In this document: in pieces, positions 42,513 to 52,562 of the stretch
How positions within the stretch are numbered: position 1 is the stretch's first letter
How the letters are laid out: each line of letters opens with the position of its first letter
Source of the DNA: Bdellovibrionales bacterium
Lineage (GTDB): Bacteria > Bdellovibrionota > Bdellovibrionia > Bdellovibrionales > JAUICD01
NCBI GenBank assembly: GCA_965203275.1
Contig: OZ241865.1
Span: 1,120,001-1,184,000, forward strand
Reading direction: 5' to 3'
DNA: 64,000 nt
Program-made: the position numbers and the translations under genes
Notes under the pieces: generated by a model
The model's input: only the letters and a program-made list of their open reading frames with translations
Database searches by the model: none
Told to the model about the DNA's origin: nothing

Positions 42513-44371
42513 ACAATCCGGCCAAACTCTCTGTCTAACTTTGAAAAAGCTATCTCTGTAAAAACAGGTCGGCCATGAGGACAAAAGCTAGATAATTTGA
42601 ATTCATCCATTTGTTCTAACAGGCTTTTCATTTCTTGACAACTTAATACTTGCCCTGCTCGAATAGCCGAATGACAAGCCATACTTGCAAACAGATCACC
42701 TACCATAGATTCTAAGGCAAAACTCCCACCTTGCTCCTCTGTTTGTCTTGCAGTATCTATCAGTATTTGACCTAAATTTTTACCAGAAATGATCTCTGGT
42801 TGAGCAGATATGATCAGTGTATCAGGACCTATTTTTTCTAGTTCGATACCTATTTCATTAAAGTTGTATTTAAGTAACTCATCACATAAATGAGGTTCTA
42901 ATTTAAAAGTTTGTGGTATTAAATTTTTCTGCACTTGAAATTGTTTTTTATTCCAAGATTCCATAAGCCTTTCAAAAAGTATACGCTCATGGGCTGCATG
43001 TTGATCGACAAGGATTAAGCTTTTTTGAGATTGGGTTACAATATAAGTTAAATTGCACTGACCTAAAACCTCTAAAGTAGCCCATTTTAAATGATCTTCT
43101 ATGGATTGATCTGTCACAGTCGTTTGATTTGGTTTATTCACCAAACTTGGAAACATTTCTAAAAAAGAACTTTCTTGCGAGTCTGAGCTATTTTTAAAAG
43201 TTCTTTGTATATTGCTTTGTTGAGGAGGGCTACTTGAATAACTTTGATGGGCTTTAGATGCTGGCTCTTGTAGAGATGTTGTGGTCTGATGAAATAATCT
43301 ATCTTGTTGAAAAGATGGATCTTTCGATAGAGTCTCTTGATTATTTGCTTGAGTATGTGAAAGAATATCTTTAAGCCAAGGAGCTTCTTCTAAAGCTTTT
43401 CTAAGAGGTCTGGATACAGCACGAAAGGCATCAGAAGCTTCCCTAAACTTGACTTGAGATTTTGCAGGATGGATATTGACGTCAATTTCAGCCGGGTTAC
43501 AAGTCAGGTTGACTACAGCTGTTGGATAAGTGCCATGCATAAGTAAGTTTCTGTAGGATTCTATAATTGCCATTTTAAGTTTCATATCTTGAATCCATCG
43601 CCTCTGTACAAACAGCCAAATGTTTTGGCTATTTCTTTGTTTGTTATGAGGGCGACTAAAAACAATTTCACATTGAAAATGCAAATGTTGACCTTTTGTA
43701 TGATAAAGCGAATCATCTTGAAGTACTTGTTTAACCCTCTGATAGAAGGAATTTTGCATAGGAAAGTAATACAAAAGCTGTTTGTTTTGTAAAATCTTAA
43801 AAGTTATATATGGATGGATCATAGCTAAAGCTTTGATTGTTTTCTTGATTTGTGTGGATTCTGCCCCTTCAGATTTTAAGAATTTTAATCGAGCAGGGCA
43901 GTTATCAAATAATTTATTGACTTTTACAGATGTGCCTGGATTGCTGTGAGTGGGGAATACCTGATCACATTTTCCAAAAGAAGATGTCAGTGTATAAGCA
44001 TGTTGCGATTTATTTGTTGAAGATGTGATAGAAAGATGACTCACACTTGCTACACTGGCAAGAGCTTCCCCCCGAAAGCCAAAGCTTGTAAGTTTCCAAA
44101 GATCATCTGTTGCAGAGATTTTACTTGTGGCATGCCTTGAAAGAGCTAATGGAAGCTGGTTTTGTGGAATACCACACCCATCATCTTTGATTTGTATTTC
44201 TTTACCTCCCTTTGCAAAATTTATTTCTATGTACTTAGCACCCGCATCTATGCTGTTTTCCAATAGCTCTTTGAGAAGGTGAGCAGGTCTCTCCACCACT
44301 TCACCCGCAGCAATTTGATTGATTGTGCTTTGAGGTAGTTTTTTAATGCAATGAGTAGATGAAATAGACAT
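42509..44371 (-). CDS. mutL: DNA mismatch repair protein MutL (endonuclease-proficient type)
   Basis: NQIAAGEVVERP, GFRGEAL, DQHAAHERILFE, ACH and CPHGRP motifs. Confidence 0.97.
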   Translation of the reverse strand: MSISSTHCIKKLPQSTINQIAAGEVVERPAHLLKELLENSIDAGAKYIEINFAKGGKEIQIKDDGCGIPQNQLPLALSRHATSKISATDDLWKLTSFGFRGEALASVASVSHLSITSSTNKSQHAYTLTSSFGKCDQVFPTHSNPGTSVKVNKLFDNCPARLKFLKSEGAESTQIKKTIKALAMIHPYITFKILQNKQLLYYFPMQNSFYQRVKQVLQDDSLYHTKGQHLHFQCEIVFSRPHNKQRNSQNIWLFVQRRWIQDMKLKMAIIESYRNLLMHGTYPTAVVNLTCNPAEIDVNIHPAKSQVKFREASDAFRAVSRPLRKALEEAPWLKDILSHTQANNQETLSKDPSFQQDRLFHQTTTSLQEPASKAHQSYSSSPPQQSNIQRTFKNSSDSQESSFLEMFPSLVNKPNQTTVTDQSIEDHLKWATLEVLGQCNLTYIVTQSQKSLILVDQHAAHERILFERLMESWNKKQFQVQKNLIPQTFKLEPHLCDELLKYNFNEIGIELEKIGPDTLIISAQPEIISGKNLGQILIDTARQTEEQGGSFALESMVGDLFASMACHSAIRAGQVLSCQEMKSLLEQMDEFKLSSFCPHGRPVFTEIAFSKLDREFGRIV

Positions 44372-44653
44372 ATTAATTAAGTTATTTGTAGTTTAATTTT
44401 ATTTGAGTTATCTTCTGGCTTTACTTTACTAGCAGATACTTTACTCCCTTTTTATTACCTTGTATCTCTTTATTTAAAAGTATTGCTTGTTAAAAGGGAT
44501 ACAATGCACTTGTTTTCTAACATACTCGCTCGATTAAGTCTTTATCTCATATTGATCACACTGTCAAGTAACTCACTTGATATACAGAATTTTGTGCAAG
44601 GCGTTATATATAATTCTTGAACAAATGCCTTTTAATGTGACTATACTATAGGT

Positions 44654-45997
44654 ATGGCAGTTGCAGTCATTGGTGTCGCACTTATATTCTTCTTAGGACA
44701 TGCTCTTAAATGGATTTTTATTCATACAAAGATTCCTGATCTTTTATTATTGGTTTTATTAGGATTTTTAATAGGGCCTGTTTTTGGAGTTATTGATGCT
44801 TCGGCTTTAGGTAAGGTGGGTCCCTTACTCTCAACTGTAGCCCTTATTGTCATCCTTTATGAAGGTGGCATCACTTTACACGCTAAAGACCTTGTCTCTT
44901 CCAGCTTGCCCGCATTAGGGTTATCTCTGATTGGATTTATTCTCGTAGTGTTTTTTTCTAGTATTGCTGCTTGGGTCTTTACACAAGATATAGGATTGGC
45001 CTTGTTGTTTGGAATAGGCATCAGTAGCACTTCATCCGCTATTGTGATCCCTACAGTGAAATATTTAAGCATCGAGGATAAGACAAAAACTATTCTCAGT
45101 TTAGAATCTGCCTTTACTGATGTTTTGGCAATTGTGATTTTTTTAGTGGTGTTGGATGCTAGTTTACAAGGTAAGTTTAGTTTTGCACAGCTTCTTATAG
45201 GTATTGGACCTAACACTTTAAAGGCTATTTTAGTAGGCTGTGCTTCTGGTATATTGTGGTCTTTTTTAAGAAATCGGTTTTTATTTTTGTCAGATATAAA
45301 ATTTTCCGGTGAGGCCTGGGCATTACTTTCTTATGGTATTTTAGAGTTGATGAAACTTAATGGAGCAATTGGTGTTCTAGCTTTAGGGTTTACGTTAGCT
45401 AACTTAGATTTACTCCCACAGTTTGCAAAAAACTTTATGAGCCGAAAACCTATGAGTTATATGGAGTTAGAGCTTTTAGGAGAGGTGACTTTTCTTTTAA
45501 AAACAACATTTTTTATTTTTCTCGGTATGCAAATTAAGTTTTCCAATTGGATGGTGGTCATCTTCGCTATAGTGATCACAGCACTTATTTTTGTGTTAAG
45601 GTATTTTATGGTGCTTCTTGTCTTAAGCAAAAAAAATTACTATCAATTAGACGCTATGATCACAGCAGCTATGGGACCAAGAGGATTAGCTTGTGCTGTT
45701 TTAGCCACATTACCAATTCAAAGAGGTCTTGAAGGTGGAGATTGGTTGCAAGACACCATGTTTGCACTGATACCCATGACAATTATTGTGACAGCAACCT
45801 TGATTGTGATGTTTGAGCGAGAAAGTATGAGAAGATATCTTAGTCACTTTTTTATTAAGTACACAAAAAACATGAAAATAAATCAAAGTGATCATCACAC
45901 ATCAGATCATTATTCTCTACCAAAACCAGCATTAGGAGATAAGCCTGATGAAGAAAAAATGAAAAACAATGATGCACATGAGAAGAGGACTGAGTAA
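44654..45997 (+). CDS. Cation:proton antiporter (CPA1/NhaP-like)
   Basis: About 12 TM helices; ILYEGG, STSSAIV, LESAFTD and GPRGLA motifs. Confidence 0.88.
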   Translation: MAVAVIGVALIFFLGHALKWIFIHTKIPDLLLLVLLGFLIGPVFGVIDASALGKVGPLLSTVALIVILYEGGITLHAKDLVSSSLPALGLSLIGFILVVFFSSIAAWVFTQDIGLALLFGIGISSTSSAIVIPTVKYLSIEDKTKTILSLESAFTDVLAIVIFLVVLDASLQGKFSFAQLLIGIGPNTLKAILVGCASGILWSFLRNRFLFLSDIKFSGEAWALLSYGILELMKLNGAIGVLALGFTLANLDLLPQFAKNFMSRKPMSYMELELLGEVTFLLKTTFFIFLGMQIKFSNWMVVIFAIVITALIFVLRYFMVLLVLSKKNYYQLDAMITAAMGPRGLACAVLATLPIQRGLEGGDWLQDTMFALIPMTIIVTATLIVMFERESMRRYLSHFFIKYTKNMKINQSDHHTSDHYSLPKPALGDKPDEEKMKNNDAHEKRTE

Positions 45998-46107
45998 GGT
46001 TTCTGTTTTTAATGTTTAACACTATGAAAATTTTAGGGCATTATCGAAGGGGATATTTTCATATAATCCAATAACAAAACAGTACACAGCAAATCAGAAA
46101 TAAAAAC

Positions 46108-46330
46108 CTGTCCCCTCTCTCATTTTAGACTATTATCCTATATTGATAGACCTTAGAAGGTATTTTTTGCAATGAAACTGTCCCGTTTTGTCCCGTGTTT
46201 TTTATAAAAAAGCTCTTTTTGATAGAGACGGGACAAAACAGGACAAAACAGGACATTGTACCGAGTAAAACATTAAATTATTATAGTATTATTATATATT
46301 TATAAAAAAACGGGACAACGGGACAGGGGT
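46108..46330. repeat. Direct and inverted (C)GGGACA / GGACA short repeats
   Basis: TGTCCC x3 (46108, 46179, 46189) and GGACA x5 (46231-46325). Confidence 0.75.
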
Positions 46331-46537
46331 TTGACTAATTTTACCTCTTGGGTATCTTTAAAAAAAAATCACTGGAAATTTTGAAACAATAAAGCTCCAC
46401 TTTTGCATTGCTTTGTACTTCTTAATTTTTATTTAAAGTTTGTGAACCACCTAAAAATTAGGGCTACCGTCACTTATGGTTATGATCATAGAAAGAACTG
46501 CAAGTCATAAATGCGGTCTATAAGTGTTGTATTGTTT

Positions 46538-46578
46538 CTATCGGCATCTATTGACAAAACTTTAATCTATGATAGTCT
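46538..46578. promoter_or_regulatory. Overlapping divergent promoters: sigma28-like (minus) and sigma70 (plus)
   Basis: Minus strand TAAA-N15-GCCGATAG (46564..46538); plus strand TTGACA-16 nt-TAGTCT with extended TG. Confidence 0.5.
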
Positions 46579-46584
46579 ATATAT

Positions 46585-46707
46585 AGCCTGTCTTCTGTTA
46601 TTGAATAACATGGCAGGGTTTTATTTCTACTTTGGTAGATAAGATGATTTGTAAATTTATAAGTTTTACATGCTCAAAGAGAGGCTAGCCAACTACCTCT
46701 TTTTTTA
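46585..46707 (+). ncRNA. Candidate structured small RNA or leader
   Basis: Upstream promoter, three hairpins including TATTTCTAC-TTTG-GTAGAT, and a terminator AGAGG..CCTCT with a T-run. Confidence 0.4.
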
Positions 46708-46761
46708 TTTGTAAGGATATATGAATATAAGATATAAGGTTAATATGAAAAAGAGGACATT

Positions 46762-47295
46762 ATGAGTGATGATGATTTTCCAAGCAATGGACCTACAAAA
46801 GAAAATGGCAATCCTTTAAAAGAATACTTTAAAGGAATTTTACCTTTCTTGCTACTGATTCTGAAAGAAATCAAGTCTAACTGGCCTTTATATTCAATAA
46901 TTTTGTTTGTGTGTTTTATCTTTCCACCACAAGACTACGGTTCTATTTCAACCATTATAGGTATTCTCTATATTCTTTTTAATGTTAAACTTATAACTCC
47001 AATAAAAAGTGAGATAAAAGAAATTAAAAAAGATGTTGAGAATACTAATAATGAGATAAAAGAAATTAAAAAAGATGTTGAGAATACTAATAATGAGATA
47101 AAAGAAATTAAAAAAGATGTTGAGAATACTAATAATGAGATAAAAGAAATTAAAAAAAATGTTGAGGATACTAATAATGAAATAAAAGAATTAAAGAGTA
47201 GTATTGATAAAAAATTTGAAGATGTAAGTATTGCTATCAAAGAGATAAATAATAACGATAAGTTTAAAAACAAGACGAATTCAAGTGATAATTAA
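46762..47295 (+). CDS. TM plus coiled-coil protein with 14-aa tandem repeats
   Basis: EIKEIKKDVENTNN x4 (42-bp units at ~47011-47190); hydrophobic N-terminal half. Confidence 0.75.
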   Translation: MSDDDFPSNGPTKENGNPLKEYFKGILPFLLLILKEIKSNWPLYSIILFVCFIFPPQDYGSISTIIGILYILFNVKLITPIKSEIKEIKKDVENTNNEIKEIKKDVENTNNEIKEIKKDVENTNNEIKEIKKNVEDTNNEIKELKSSIDKKFEDVSIAIKEINNNDKFKNKTNSSDN

Positions 47296-47477
47296 GATAA
47301 ACTTTCAAAGTCTTTTGTGGATATAATCATATCTTATTTAACACCATCAAAAACCCATCAGACCGCATGCTAAACCCATCAAAAACCCACTTTCACGATA
47401 TTTGACATACCTTAGTCTATTTGATATGATAATTGTAAGGTTTTGTAGAATTGGATTAATTTAACCAGGAGGTTATT

Positions 47478-47669
47478 ATGACTATGGAAGGAATGAGTAA
47501 CCAAATAGAAAGATTGAACATTGAGCTTAATTGTCTACAGAAGTTTAATGGTCACGCAAAGTTTAAAGCAAATGTAAATGATACACGCATAATAGCAAGA
47601 CAAGTGGAGCGTCGTCTTAATTTAATAAGAGAAATAGACGCGAACATGGAAGCAAACAAAGAGAAATAA
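47478..47669 (+). CDS. Small hypothetical protein
   Basis: RBS AGGAGG; upstream TTGACA..GATAAT promoter-like sequence. Confidence 0.55.
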   Translation: MTMEGMSNQIERLNIELNCLQKFNGHAKFKANVNDTRIIARQVERRLNLIREIDANMEANKEK

Positions 47670-47934
47670 GGGGGGAGTCCCACAGAGGCGGGGGCATGAT
47701 CACGCGAGGGTGGTCTTTACTCCATCAGGGTTTTATACTTCCTAACTTTTAGCATACCCCGGTCATTTTCAGATAGTTAAAACCGCTCTAATTTGAATAT
47801 CAGGATGCTGAAATCTCAAAAAAACATCAAAAACCCTCATTTTCACGACGCTTGATAGACAAAAGTCTATCTTTTTTAAAGTTTTTGCTGTATACAACCG
47901 AAAAAATAATAAATGATAAAAAAACGGGGGTTTT

Positions 47935-48333
47935 ATGAATTTGGAAGATACACCAGTTAATGGCGATCCGTCAGGATATGAATCAATCTCACAAAATAAT
48001 ACGAAGAAATCTTTTTTGTCATTTTTTGATTCTGATATTGTAAAAGCTATAGCATTTCTTTTAGGAACCCTGGGCAGTCTTTTTTTGATTCTTTTATTTG
48101 GTGTCGTTAGCGTTTCAGGGAGTTTGTACTTTATCGGCAACTTGTTAAATGCTCCTATTAAAGATCAAATGAGTGCAATTAAAGTGCAAGTAAATAGTAT
48201 TGAACAAAAATTTGATAGCATTGAAGTAAAATTAAACAATATGGATAAACAAAACAAAGCTATCATAGAGGGGTTAAAAAGTCAGGGTATTCAAGTTAAA
48301 TATCAAACGGCCAAAGATGGTGAGACCCTTTAA
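47935..48333 (+). CDS. Small TM plus coiled-coil protein, paralogue of 4359..4784
   Basis: KKSFLSFFDSDIVKAIAF...LNAPIKDQM. Confidence 0.75.
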   Translation: MNLEDTPVNGDPSGYESISQNNTKKSFLSFFDSDIVKAIAFLLGTLGSLFLILLFGVVSVSGSLYFIGNLLNAPIKDQMSAIKVQVNSIEQKFDSIEVKLNNMDKQNKAIIEGLKSQGIQVKYQTAKDGETL

Positions 48334-48344
48334 GGTTATAAGGA

Positions 48345-48373
48345 TTGAGTTTATCCAAAGAGGATGATATACT
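48345..48373 (+). promoter_or_regulatory. Sigma70 promoter driving the crRNA-like unit
   Basis: TTGAGT-17 nt-TATACT with extended TG; predicted start ~48380. Confidence 0.65.
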
Positions 48374-48379
48374 ATAATT

Positions 48380-48518
48380 AATTTCTACTGTTGTAGATTC
48401 ATATAAGTATAAGCAAGCAATTAACCATATCTAAAGATAGGGATTGACTTGTAAGTGGATATGAAAACTAAAGTTTCCATGATTCCATATTAAAAGAGGC
48501 CTTATGGTCTCTTTTTTT
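48380..48518 (+). ncRNA. Solitary Cas12a-type repeat unit / crRNA-like RNA
   Basis: Exact AATTTCTACTGTTGTAGAT at 48380-48398, then a unique segment, then a terminator AAAAGAGGCC-TTAT-GGTCTCTTTT (48492-48518). Confidence 0.7.
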
Positions 48519-48528
48519 AGGAGAAAAA

Positions 48529-48708
48529 ATGTGGTTCGCTTGTGTTATTTGGCTTTCGTATTTTTTTATTTTTATTCCTTTGCTAACCTATGTTGTTTCT
48601 TTAATGAATCCAAATCCAATCTGGGTGCTTGTCATTGGTTGCCTTTTGTATATAGGAGTTTTGGCCTTAATAGTTTACAAGCAAATAAATGATGGGAAAT
48701 GGAAATAA
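48529..48708 (+). CDS. 59-aa two-TM hydrophobic protein (not in the ORF track)
   Basis: RBS AGGAG; MWFACVIWLSYFFIFIPLLTYVVSLMNPNPIWVLVIGCLLYIGVLALIVYKQINDGKWK. Confidence 0.55.
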   Translation: MWFACVIWLSYFFIFIPLLTYVVSLMNPNPIWVLVIGCLLYIGVLALIVYKQINDGKWK

Positions 48709-48917
48709 ATTTTTTTATGTTGCCTTTTGAATTGGCATTTGGCTTTTTAGGACCGATCATCAGTAAGATTATCGGATTTTCAATAAGTATGTACTTTTAT
48801 ATATATATTTTTTGCTTACGACAAAAAACTAGAGATAATTGCTTTGTATGTATGCCTATATCTAACTTTGATTATTATGAGTTATGTGATGGTGTTTCTT
48901 ATGGGTATTGTATCTAA
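48699..48917 (+). CDS. Small hydrophobic hypothetical protein or fragment
   Basis: Overlaps the previous stop; hydrophobic N-terminal half. Confidence 0.3.
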   Translation: MEINFFMLPFELAFGFLGPIISKIIGFSISMYFYIYIFCLRQKTRDNCFVCMPISNFDYYELCDGVSYGYCI

Positions 48918-49100
48918 AATAAAATCATAACGGCCCTGTTTCTCAAAATGATACAAATTGCTGATATTTCTTAAAAATTTCTCAAATAATAGTTAAGTCC
49001 TGCTTAAATTTTCTAAAATCCTATATTTCCATAGTTTTTTATAATCTATATTAGGCTTGACTTTTCAGAAATATGATGTTGTAAAAAATTAGAGGTACAA

Positions 49101-49823
49101 ATGAAAAAATATATATTTGTCCTATTTATAATCTTGCTTGTTTCTAGTGATTCTCTATCTATGGGCCTATTGAGGACTTGTACTGAAGTCCTTATGCCAA
49201 ATTCAAAACAAAAAGTTATTGAGAGAGAATTATTGAAGCTAAATAATAGGTTATTAAATATTGTTTATACCGGTGAATCCCTTGTTCATGCCGGTGGCCG
49301 TATTAGATTGATAAAGAAAGTGCTAGAGGCTGGAGCTAACGTCAATTATCAAGACGACTATGGCTGGACGGCTTTAATGTTGGCTAGTGAGAATGGCTAT
49401 ATTGAAGCTGTAAGGGCATTGCTAGAGGCCGGAGCTAACGTCAATCTTCAAAACAAAAAAAGTCGCTATACGGCTTTAATGTTGGCTAGCCGTAAAGGCC
49501 ATATAGAAACTGTAAGGGCATTGCTAGCTTATGGAGCTAACGTCAATCATCAAGACAGATTTGGCAGTACGGCTTTAATTTGGGCTAGTTATGACGGCCC
49601 TATAGAAATTGTAAGGCTATTGCTAGCTTATGGAGCTAACGTCAATCATCAAGACAAAAAAGGCAGGACGGCTTTATATTATGCTGGTCGAGGTTATTTT
49701 GAAATTGCAATTGAAAGACTCTTAATCTCTCTTGACTTCATTCATTCTAGCATTCGTTCTCGTAGTCGAGAAGATTCTATCGAAATTGAAAGACTATTAA
49801 GAGAGGCCGGAGCTACAGAATAA
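49101..49823 (+). CDS. Secreted ankyrin-repeat protein
   Basis: Signal peptide; about four near-identical GANVN(H/Y)QD..G.TAL repeats. Confidence 0.92.
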   Translation: MKKYIFVLFIILLVSSDSLSMGLLRTCTEVLMPNSKQKVIERELLKLNNRLLNIVYTGESLVHAGGRIRLIKKVLEAGANVNYQDDYGWTALMLASENGYIEAVRALLEAGANVNLQNKKSRYTALMLASRKGHIETVRALLAYGANVNHQDRFGSTALIWASYDGPIEIVRLLLAYGANVNHQDKKGRTALYYAGRGYFEIAIERLLISLDFIHSSIRSRSREDSIEIERLLREAGATE

Positions 49824-49867
49824 TACCAATTCTATATTTGTCTCAAAATAATAATCTTTAGTCTTGA

Positions 49868-50170
49868 TTAAAGAATTTCTAATAAAAGATCGTCTAAGAG
49901 AGAATCACAACCCAATAAATGGTCGTCACTTAAGAGATAATCAGAGTCTAAAAGATACTCTAAGTAAAGATCATCGGCTAAAATACATTCGTCTAACGAA
50001 TGATCGTATCCTAAAGGTTTATCTAAAAAATACTCATTAAAAGGATAATCAAAACATCTATTTTGCTCAGGAATCACTACTACTATAGTAGTTTTAGAAG
50101 GATATAGCCAGAAAAGCACAGTGCTTATCAAAATCAAGATACCGATAATATTATTTTTTATAAAGCTCAT
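49868..50170 (-). CDS. Small membrane-anchored protein with an Asp/Leu-rich tail
   Basis: RBS GGAG; N-terminal TM; low-complexity DxLL repeats. Confidence 0.5.
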   Translation of the reverse strand: MSFIKNNIIGILILISTVLFWLYPSKTTIVVVIPEQNRCFDYPFNEYFLDKPLGYDHSLDECILADDLYLEYLLDSDYLLSDDHLLGCDSLLDDLLLEIL

Positions 50171-50311
50171 AAAGCTCCCATATCCATAAAATTCTTTTGA
50201 TATTTAGGCAAAGTCTTTCATAAAAATATCTACCATGCAAGCACTTTCCGTTTTAACATGTTGTGTTAGCAGGTTGCTTATTTTAACACGCCACTTCTTA
50301 AGTAAACCAAA

Positions 50312-50885
50312 GTGGGGAGACAGAGCTTGAATAGAATCAAACAATATGTAGCTTATTATCGAGTATCAACATCAAGGCAAACTATTGGCTTACAAACTCA
50401 AGAGACAATGGTTAAAACCTATCTTAAAGATAAATGGCCTCCTATTAAGTCATTCACAGAAAAGGAAAGTGGGAAGTGTGATAAGAATCGACCACAATTG
50501 CAATTGGCTTTGGAATATTGCAAACAATATAAGGCAACTTTGATCGTGGCTACATTGAGTCGGTTAAGTCGGGATTTGCATTTTATAACGTCCTTATCCA
50601 AATCTTAAGATAGATTTTGTATGTTGTGATATGCCTGATGCAACACCTCTGACAATAAACTTGATGGGAGCGATTGCTCAATATGAAAGAGAGACTGTAT
50701 CTAAGAGGACAAAAAGAGCTTTGGCAGAGTTAAAAAATCGTGGGGTGGAACTTGGAGCAAATAATCCTAAGGTTAAAGCTGGTCTTGAAAAATACCGAGA
50801 CAAACAAAAATACGTTTTTGTCCTAGTCTTGTCAAAAAAAATCAATAAATTGACGGGAGGGGACAAATGTCAGACAAAAAAATAA
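50312..50885 (+). pseudogene. Serine recombinase (resolvase/invertase), frameshifted
   Basis: YYRVST, ESG...RPQL and SRLSRD motifs, then a one-base shift at ~50606 to KIDFVCCDMP...ERETVSKRTKRAL...RGVELG. Confidence 0.85.
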
Positions 50886-51082
50886 ATAAAAAATCACAAA
50901 ACGCACCAAATCTTTTCATAAATTCTTATAAATTTGCCTTAAAGATGGTCGAGTTAGGCTTCGATGTTTTCTTATGCAATAAAGACAAAACACCCGCACG
51001 TAAGGACTCCTGGAAAGAGAATAAGCTGGAATATGACGAAATTCAAGAGATTCAAAAAAACCATAGACCGAACAAAGAATAG
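50867..51082 (+). pseudogene. Fragment of a bifunctional primase/polymerase N-terminus
   Basis: ALKMVELGFDVFLC..DKTP resembles the Prim-Pol start; RBS GGGAGG; only 71 aa. Confidence 0.45.
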
Positions 51083-51347
51083 ATGACTTGATCTTATCCT
51101 CTACAACCTAACAAATTTCTGATAAAGTATTGTCTGAAACTTGAAATGAATGACTATTTTTGGTACACATTCATAATGGCTCCTTTCTTTTTATTTTTAA
51201 AAGTTAATGGTTAATAAAATTTGGTTGGCTGAAATATGCCAACCAGGAGCCTTCTATCTTACATCTTCTCTAAGAAAAACTCACCGAATTATAGGACATG
51301 CTCTCAAACTCAGGCTTTATGTTAGATAAGAGTTCATTGAGGAGCTG

Positions 51348-52562
51348 TTAAGGAGATGATGTTAAACTAAGTTGATAAAAATGACCTGAATCAGTAGAAA
51401 AAATAATATGCCCTGTAGGAGTTTCTCTAATATGGCGAATTCTTTCTTGAAAGCCACTTAAAAGAGTTTCTTCCTTTAATACTTTATGATTCCCGGAACG
51501 ATGACTTTGAATGACCACACGACTAATATGCGGTCTCATTAAGGCTGTTGAAAAGAAGTCTCCTTTCCACTTGGTAAACAACCGACCTGAATAAATCATC
51601 AAAGAGCTAGGAGCAATAGAAGGAACATAAAACTTAATAGGTTGTTGCATGCCTTTCTTGTGAGTTGTTCCAATTTTAGGCCCCCAGTATTCCCGGCCAT
51701 AAGTGATCACAGGCCAGCCATAATTTTTGCCTTTTTGAATAAGATTAATTTCATCTCCGCCTCTTGGCCCATGTTCTTGCTCCCAAATTTCACCTGTCAG
51801 AGGATGAACAGCTAAGCCTTGTGGATTCCGATGCCCCCAGCTCCAAATAGCAGGTAATATCTTTCTGCCGTTTTTTAACTTTCGGTCTACAAAAGGGTTA
51901 TCCTTAGGGATAGAACTATCCAGATGCATGCGATAAACCTTTCCGTTAGGATAACTTAAGTCTTGAGCCTTATGCCGATCGCCTCGATCACCTATTGCAA
52001 AATAAATCATCTGGTCCTTAAACACAATACGGCAACCAAAATGACGACCCCCTGATCCCGGAGGAGATGACTTAAAGAAAGTTTTGATATTTTGAAGTTT
52101 TTGATTTTGTAGTTTAGCTCTGGCAACAATTGTACCTGCACCACCATCATACCTTGCTACATAAGAAAAAAATATCCATTGATTTTGAGCAAATTGAGGG
52201 TGAACACGTACGTCCATTAATCCTCCTTGTCCTACCTCTGCTGTTTGAGGAAGACCAGAGATAGGTTGCTTAAGACCTGTAAGCAATGAAAGTAAATACA
52301 TATCTCCATCTCTTTCAGTGACAATGATTTGAGGTAGCTTATTTTTGTCTGTAGAAGGTAAAAAATCAAAGCCCCATATCACATCTCGATCATCGGGCCA
52401 GGATTTAGAAAGGTGCTTCACAATGATATTCTGTCCTTCAGAAGAAAAATTTAATACTTCATTGTTGTTATGAGACGTTTTAGAAGCAAAACAAGATAAA
52501 CTGCCTGTGATCAGAAAAAATAAAATAAAAAAGAAATAACTTAATATTTGTATATTCATCAT
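51348..52562 (-). CDS. PQQ-dependent sugar dehydrogenase (GSDH/YliI family)
   Basis: GQGGLMDV..HP, HFGCR, GHRNPQG, EHGPRGGDEIN and NYGWP motifs. Confidence 0.93.
   Translation of the reverse strand: MMNIQILSYFFFILFFLITGSLSCFASKTSHNNNEVLNFSSEGQNIIVKHLSKSWPDDRDVIWGFDFLPSTDKNKLPQIIVTERDGDMYLLSLLTGLKQPISGLPQTAEVGQGGLMDVRVHPQFAQNQWIFFSYVARYDGGAGTIVARAKLQNQKLQNIKTFFKSSPPGSGGRHFGCRIVFKDQMIYFAIGDRGDRHKAQDLSYPNGKVYRMHLDSSIPKDNPFVDRKLKNGRKILPAIWSWGHRNPQGLAVHPLTGEIWEQEHGPRGGDEINLIQKGKNYGWPVITYGREYWGPKIGTTHKKGMQQPIKFYVPSIAPSSLMIYSGRLFTKWKGDFFSTALMRPHISRVVIQSHRSGNHKVLKEETLLSGFQERIRHIRETPTGHIIFSTDSGHFYQLSLTSSP

Larger units (their letters stand above)
46108..51082. mobile_element. Degenerate integrated plasmid/phage-like region (boundaries approximate)
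   Basis: GGGACA iteron-like repeats, small ORFans, a frameshifted serine recombinase and a primase-polymerase N-terminal fragment. Confidence 0.5.

Noticed and set aside
48380..48480. Conventional type V-A CRISPR array
   Set aside because: Only one 19-20 nt handle, no second repeat at the expected period and no cas genes in the window.
48504..48692. 62-aa ORF
   Set aside because: Its ATG lies in the terminator loop; the alternative frame 48529..48708 has an RBS and a coherent TM pattern.
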